Assembly: GCF_009914755.1 (NCBI RefSeq)
Contig: NC_060948.1
Length of the DNA: 64,000 nt
Strand: one strand, 5' to 3'
Source: the human T2T-CHM13v2.0 reference genome, Homo sapiens
The position numbers and the translations under genes are program-made. Shown here piece after piece: positions 56,918-64,000 of the stretch. How positions within the stretch are numbered: position 1 is the stretch's first letter; every line of letters starts with the position of its first letter. The notes beneath the pieces are model-generated. The model made no database searches, was not told the DNA's origin, and saw only the letters and a list, made by a program, of their open reading frames with translations.

Positions 56918-59900
56918 GTCTCGAATGGAATAAAAATATATGGAATGGAATGCAATGAAACGGAATCGAATGTCATAGAATGTAATGGAATGAAAGAAAT
57001 GGAATCCAAAAACATTGACTGGAAAGGCTGGGTGTCGAAAGGAATTGACTCCAATGGAATGGAATCGAATGGAATGGAAGTGAATAGAATCGAACTAAAT
57101 CGAATGGAATGGAATTGATAGGAACGGAATGGAAAGGAATGCAATGATTTGGCATGGAATGGAATCGAATGGCATCGAATGGAATGGAATGGAATGCAAT
57201 GGAATGGAAAGTATTAGAAAGTAATGAACTTTAATGGAATGTACTCGAATGGATTCGACTGGAATGGAATGTTCTGGAAGTGAATGGACTCCAATGGAAT
57301 GGATTCAAAAGGAATGGAATCGTACGGAATGGAATCTAATGGAATGGAATTAAATGGAAATGAATCAAATTGAATAGCACGGAATTGAATTGAATGGAAT
57401 GGAATGCAATGGAATCTAATGAAACGGAAAGGAAAGGAATGGAATGGAATGGAAAGGGCTGGAATGGAAAGGAATCGAAACGAATGGAATGGAATCGAAC
57501 TGAAGAGACTGGAATGGAATGCACTGGAATGGAAGGGAGTGTAATGGAAGGTTCTCGAAAAAAATGGAATCGAATGGAATGGAATTGAATGGAACGGAAT
57601 AGAGTCGAATGGAATTGAATGGAATGGAATGGACTAGAGTGAAATGGAATCGAACCACAAGGAATGGAGAGGAATAGAATGGTCTCGAATTGAATGGAAT
57701 CGTATGGAATGGCATCAAACGGAATGGAATGGACAGCCACGGAATGGAATGCACTCGAATGCAATGGAGTCGAAACTAATGGACTGGAATAGAATGGACT
57801 CGACTGGTACGGACTCCAATGGAATGGAATCGAATGGAAGGGAATCGAACGGAATGGACTCGAAGGGAAAAGACTGCAATGGAAAGGTCTCGAATGGAAT
57901 GGAAATTAATGGAATGGAATGGAATCGAATGAAATGGAGTCAAAAGGAATGGAATCGAATGGCAAGAAATCGAATGTAATGGAATCGCAAGGAATTGATG
58001 TGAATGGAGCGGAATGGAATGGAATCCAAAGGAATGGAATCGAATGGAAAGGACTAGAATGGAAATCACTCGAATAGAATGCAATTTAATAAAATAGGAT
58101 CAAATGTAATGGAATGGAATGGAAAGGAATCGAAACGAAAGGAATGGAGACAGATGGAATGGAATGGAACAGAGAGCAATGGTATAGAATGGAATGGAAT
58201 CATCTGGAATGGAATTGAATGGAATGGAATAATATGAAATGGAATGGAATGGAATGGAATGGAATGCCCTTGAATTAAATGGACTGGAATGGAATGGACT
58301 CGAACAGAGTGGAATGGAAAGTGTTGAGATAGAATGGAATGGACTCCTTTGGAATGGTGTAGTATGCAATGCAATCGACTAGCAGGGAATCAAAAGGAAT
58401 GTAATGGAATGGATTGGACTGGAATGCAATGGACTCGAATAGATTGGAAACGGAATGCAAAGGAATGCAATGGAATAGGATGGAATGGAATGGAAAGGAA
58501 TGGAGTGGAATAGACTAGAGTGGAATGGAATGGACTGGAAAGCAATGGACTGGAATGGAACTTTCTTGAATGGACTGGAATCAAACGGAATAGAATGCAA
58601 TGCCATCAAATGGCATGGAATAAAATAGAATGAAAGAGAATCAAATGGAATTGAATCGAATGGAATCGAATGGATTGGAAAGGAATAGAATGGAATGGAA
58701 TGGAATTGACTCAAATGGAATGGATTCGAATGGAATGGATTCGAATGGAAGGCAAAGGAATGGAATCTATTGGAATGGACTGTAATGGACTGTAATGGAA
58801 TGGAATGGAAAGGATTGGAATGGACTCGAATGGAATGGACTGCAATAGAAAGGATTCGAATGGAATGAAAAAGAATTGAATGGAATAGAACAGAATGGAA
58901 TCAAATCGAATGAAATGGAATGGAATAGAAAGGAATGGAATGAAATGGAATGGAAAGGATTCGAATGGAATGCAATCGAATGGAATGGAATCGAACGGAA
59001 TGGAATAAAATGGAAGAAAACTGGCAAGAAATGGAATCGAAATGAATGGAGTGTTATGGAACGGACTCAAAAGGAATTGAATGTAATAGAATGGAGTGGA
59101 GTGGACTCGAATATAATGGACTGGAATGGAATGAAATCACATGGAATGGGAACGAATGGAATGGAATGGAAAGGAATGGAATCGAATGGAAAGGAATCGA
59201 ATGGAAGGGAATGAAATTGAATCAACAGGAATGGAAGGGAATAGAATAGACGGTAATGGAATGGACTCGAATAGAATGGACACGAATGCTCAAATTGAAT
59301 GGACTCGAATGGAATGGAAATGAAAGGAATGTCATCGAATGGAATTGAATCGATTGGAATGAAATCGCATAGAATGGAGTGGAATCAAATGGAATTGAAT
59401 CGAAAGGAAAGGAAGCGAATGGACTGAAATGAAATGGAATGGAATTGAATGGAAAGTAATGCAATGGAATAGAATGGAACGAAATTTCACGGAATGGAAT
59501 CAAACTGAATGGAATCAAATCAATGGAATCAAATCAAATGGAATGGAAAGGAATTGAATGGAGTAGATTGGATTGGATGGGATTGGAATGAAATGTACTG
59601 GAAAGGACTCGAATTTCATGAAACGGAATGGAATGAATTGGAACGGAATGGACTCGAATGGAATGGAATGTCATGGAATGGCATCAAATGGAATGGCATC
59701 AAATGGAATGGAATCGAATGCAATGGAATGCTATGGAATGGAATGGAATGCATTGGAATGGAATGTCCTCTAATGGAATGGATTCGAGTGGAATGGAATC
59801 GAATATAATGGAGTCGAATGAAATGGAATTGAAAAGAATGGGATCGAATACAATGGAATATACTGGAATGTAATGTAATGAACTCGAATGTAATTGACTG

Positions 59901-60485
59901 GAATGGAATGTACATGAATGGAATGTAATCGAATGGAAAGTAATCCAATGGAATAGAATCTAATGCAATAAAACCGACTCAGATAGAGTAGAATGTAATG
60001 GAATGGAGTGCAGTGCAATGGAAGGGAATGGAATTGAATGCAATGGAATGGAATGGAATGGAATGGAATGGAATGGAATGGAATGGAATGGAATGGGATG
60101 GAATGGTATGGAATGGATAGTAATGGACTGGAGTGAAATGGACTGGAAAGGAATGGACTCAAATTGAAAGGGCTCGAAAGGAATGGAGTCAAATGGAATG
60201 GTCTGGAATGGAATGAACACGAAAGTAATGCAATCCAATAGAATGGAATCGAATGGCATGGAATATAAAGAAATGGAATCGAAGAGAATGGAAACAAATG
60301 GAATGGAATTGAATGGAATGGAATTGAATGGAATGGGAACGAATGGAGTGAAATTGTATGCAGTAGAAGGGAATAGAATGTAATGCAAGCGAAAGGAAAG
60401 GAATGGATTGGAATGGAATGGAATTCATTGGAATGGAAGGGAATGTAGTGTAATGGACAGGCCTGGAATAAAGTGGAATGCTACG
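56918..60485 (+). repeat. Unit U17 (3,568 bp)
   Basis: Anchor to anchor. 1-bp deletion near 56993, 15-bp deletion near 58035, 10-bp duplication at 58774-58793. Confidence 0.93.
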
Positions 60486-63400
60486 GTCTCGAATGGAATA
60501 AAAATGTATGGAATGGAATGCAATGAAACGGAATCGAATGTCATAGAATGTAATGGAATGCAAAAAAATGGAATCCAAAATCATTGACTGGAAAGGCTGG
60601 GTGTCGAAAGGAATTGACTCCAATGGAATGGAATCGAATGGAATGGAAGTGAATAGAATCGAACTAAATCGAATGGAATGGAATTGATAGGAACGGAATG
60701 GAAAGGAATGCAATGATTTGGCATGGAATGGAATCGAATGGCATCGAATGGAGTGGAATGGAATGCAATGGAATGGAATGTATTAGAATGTAATGAACTT
60801 TAATGGAATGTACTCGAATGGATTCGACTGGAATGGAATGTTCTGGAAGTGAATGGACTCCAATGGAATGGATTCAAAAGGAATGGAATCGTACGGAATG
60901 GAATCTAATGGAATGGAATTAAATGGAAATGAATCAAATTGAATAGCACGGAATTGAATTGAATGGAATCGAATGCAATGGAATCTAATGAAACGGAAAG
61001 GAAAGGAATGGAATGGAATGGAATGGACTGGAATGGAAAGGAATCGAAACGAATGGAATGGAATCGAACTGAAGAGACTGGAATGGAATGCACTGGAATG
61101 GAAGGGAGTGTAATGGAAGGTTCTCGAAAGAAATGGAATCGAATGGAATGGAATTGAATGGAACGGAATAGAGTCGAATGGAATTGAATGGAATGGAACG
61201 GACTAGAGTGAAATGGAATCGAACCGCAAGGAATGGACAGGAATAGAATGGTCTCGAATTGAATGGAATCATATGGAATGGCATCAAACGGAATGGAATG
61301 GACAGCCACGGAATGGAATGCACTCGAATGCAATGGAGTCGAAACTAATGGACTGGAATAGAATGGACTCGACTGGTACGGACTCCAATGGAATGGAATC
61401 GAATGGAAGGGAATCGAACGGAATGGACTCGAAGGGAAAAGACTGCAATGGAAAGGTCTCGAATGGAATGGAAATTAATGGAATGGAATGGAATCGAATG
61501 AAATGGAGTCAAAAGGAATGGAATCGAATGGCAAGAAATCGAATGTAGTGGAATCGCAAGGAATTGATGTGAACGGAACGGAATGGAATGGAATCCAAAG
61601 GAATGGAATAGAATGGAATGGAATCGAATGGAAAGGACTCGAATGGAAATCACTCGAATAGAATGCAATTTAATAAAATAGGATCAAATGTAATGGAATG
61701 GAATGGAAAGGAATCGAATCGAAAGGAATGGAGACAGATGGAATGGAATGGAACAGAGAGCAATGGTATAGAATGGAATGGAATCATCTGGAATGGAATT
61801 GAATGGAATGGAATAATATGAAATGGAATGGAATGGAATGGAATGGAATGCCCTTGAATTAAATGGACTGGAATGGAATGGACTCGAACAGAGTGGAATG
61901 GAAAGTGTTGAGATAGAATGGAATGGACTCCTTTGGAATGGTGTAGTATGCAATGCAATCGACTGGCAGGGAATCAAAAGGAATGTAATGGAATGGATTG
62001 GAGTGGAATGCAATGGACAGGAATAGATTGGAAACGGAATGCAAAGGAATGGAATGGAATAGTATGGAATGGAATGGAAAGGAATGGAGTGGAATAGACT
62101 AGAGTGGAATGCAATGGACTGGAAAGCAATGGACTGGAATGGAACTTTCTTGAATGGACTGGAATCAAACGGAATGGAATGCAATGCAATCAAATGGCAT
62201 GGAATAAAATAGAATGAAAGAGAATCAAATGGAATTGAATCGAATGGAATCGAATGGATTGGAAAGGAATAGAATGGAATGGAATGGAATTGACTCAAAT
62301 GGAATGGACTAGAATGGAATGGATTCGAATGGAAGGCAAAGGCATGGAATCTATTGGAATGGACTGTAATGGAATGGAATGGAAGGGATTGGAATGGACT
62401 CGAATGGAATGGACTGCAATAGAAAGGATTCGAATGGAATGAAAAAGAATTGAATGGAATAGAACAGAATGGAATCAAATCGAATGAAATGGAATGGAAT
62501 AGAAAGGAATGGAATGAAATGGAATGGAAAGGATTCGAATGGAATGCAATCGAATGGAATGGAATCGAACGGAATGGAATAAAATGGAAGAAAACTGGCA
62601 AGAAATGGAATCGAAATGAATGGAGTGTTTTGGAACGGACTCAAAAAGAATTGAATGTAATAGAATGGAGTGGAGTGGACTCGAATATAATGGACTGGAA
62701 TGGAATGAAATCACATGGAATGGGAACGAATGGAATGGAATGGAAAGGAATGGAATCGAATGGAAAGGAATCGAATGGAAGGGAATGAAATTGAATCAAC
62801 AGGAATGGAAGGGAATAGAATAGACGGTAATGGAATGGACTCGAATAGAATGGACACGAATGCTCAAATTGAATGGACTCGAATGGAATGGAAACGAAAG
62901 GAATGTCATCGAATGGAATTGAATCGATCGGAATGAAATCGCATAGAATGGAGTGGAATCAAATGGAATTGAATCGAAAGGAAAGGAAGCGAATGGACTG
63001 AAATGAAATGGAATGGAATTGAATGGAAAGTAATGAAATGGAATAGAATGGAACGAAATTTCACGGAATGGAATCAAACTGAATGGAATCAAATCAATGG
63101 AATCTAATCAAATGGAATGGAAAGGAATTGAATGGAGTAGATTGGATTGGATGGGATTGGAATGAAATGTACTGGAAAGGACTCGAATTTCATGAAACGG
63201 AATGGAATGAATTGGAACGGAATGGACTCGAATGGAATGGAATGTCATGGAATGGCATCAAATGGAATGGCACCAAATGGAATGGAATCGAATGCAATGG
63301 AATGCTATGGAATGGAATGGAATGCATTGGAATGGAATGTCCTCTAATGGAATGGATTCGAGTGGAATGGAATCGAATATAATGGAGTCGAATGAAATGG

Positions 63401-64000
63401 AATTGAAAGGAATGGGATCGAATACAATGGAATATACTGGAATGTAATGTAATGAACTCGAATGTAATTGACTGGAATGGAATGTACATGAATGGAATGT
63501 AATCGAATGGAAAGTAATCCAATGGAATAGAATCTAATGCAATAAAACCGACTCAGATAGAGTAGAATGTAATGGAATGGAGTGCAGTGCAATGGAATGG
63601 AATGGAATTGAATGCAATGGAATGGAATGGAATGGAATGGAATGGAATGGGATGGAATGGTATGGAATGGATAGTAATGGACTGGAGTGAAATGGACTGG
63701 AAAGGAATGGACTCAAATTGAAAGGGCTCGAAAGGAATGGAGTCAAATGGAATGGTCTGGAATGGAATGAACACGAATGTAATGCAATCCAATAGAACGG
63801 AATCGAATGGCATGGAATATAAAGAAATGGATTCGAAGAGAATGGAAACAAATGGAATGGAATTGAATGGAATGGAATTGAATGGAATGGGAACGAATGG
63901 AGTGAAATTGTATGCAGTAGAAGGGAATAGAATGGAATGCAAGCGAAAGGAAAGGAATGGATTGGAATGGAATGGAATTCATTGGAATGGAAGGGAATGT
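60486..64000 (+). repeat. Unit U18 (3,515 bp visible, truncated by the window edge)
   Basis: Starts at the anchor and ends just before the GGCC landmark. Confidence 0.92.

Larger units (their letters stand above)
1..64000 (+). repeat. DYZ1: Human satellite 3 (GGAAT)n higher-order array, DYZ1-type (~3.56-kb unit, Yq12 heterochromatin)
   Basis: Continuous diverged GGAAT pentamers on + with no inversion or foreign insert. Landmarks (ggctgggtgtcg, ttaataaaatagg, gacaggcc) recur every 3.54-3.58 kb. One GGCC (e.g. 3524-3527) and one conserved GAATTC (e.g. 3485-3490) per unit agree with the classical ~3.56-kb DYZ1 monomer. Confidence 0.95.

Noticed and set aside
3550-60485. A 15-unit (~53.4-kb) super-period
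   Set aside because: Only part of U2 and U17 match. Adjacent unit pairs lack shared private variants, and the window is too short to test the period.
420-63982. Hundreds of 60-320 aa ORFs on both strands
   Set aside because: (GGAAT)n and (ATTCC)n have no stop codon in any frame, so they read as MEWNG and FHSIP repeats. The ORFs overlap in all frames, recur with the satellite unit and show no domain-like sequence.
1-64000. CRISPR-like repeat/spacer array or another prokaryotic system
   Set aside because: There are no unique spacers, leader or cas-like ORFs. All variation is degenerate pentamer sequence repeated in each unit.
1-64000. Embedded mobile element, DYZ2/Alu block, or inversion
   Set aside because: Every unit is collinear and within 3,539-3,577 bp. 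I saw no non-GGAAT insert, poly(A) tail or strand switch.
1-64000. Satellite 2 (HSATII), alpha satellite or telomeric repeat
   Set aside because: The CATTCGATTC-dominated 23/26-bp satellite 2 pattern, 171-bp monomers, CENP-B boxes and TTAGGG runs were not seen.

Overview
The whole 64-kb window is one uninterrupted, single-orientation satellite array with no credible gene. It consists of diverged (GGAAT)n pentamers (human satellite 3) organised into 17 complete and 1 near-complete higher-order units of 3,539-3,577 bp. Unit size, one HaeIII (GGCC) site per complete unit and one conserved EcoRI (GAATTC) site per unit match DYZ1 of human Yq12 heterochromatin; this is recognition from memory, not a database hit. 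All listed ORFs are translations of the pentamer (MEWNG on +, FHSIP on -). Signals worth following up: three perfect in-register heat-shock elements per unit (about 50 of 54 intact), a 7,098-bp two-unit tandem duplication, nested monomer duplications, mosaic and long-range haplotype sharing, rare non-pentamer indels, and rising private divergence beyond about 54.8 kb. I found no evidence for a new protein-coding or CRISPR-like system. All variant comparisons were made by eye.
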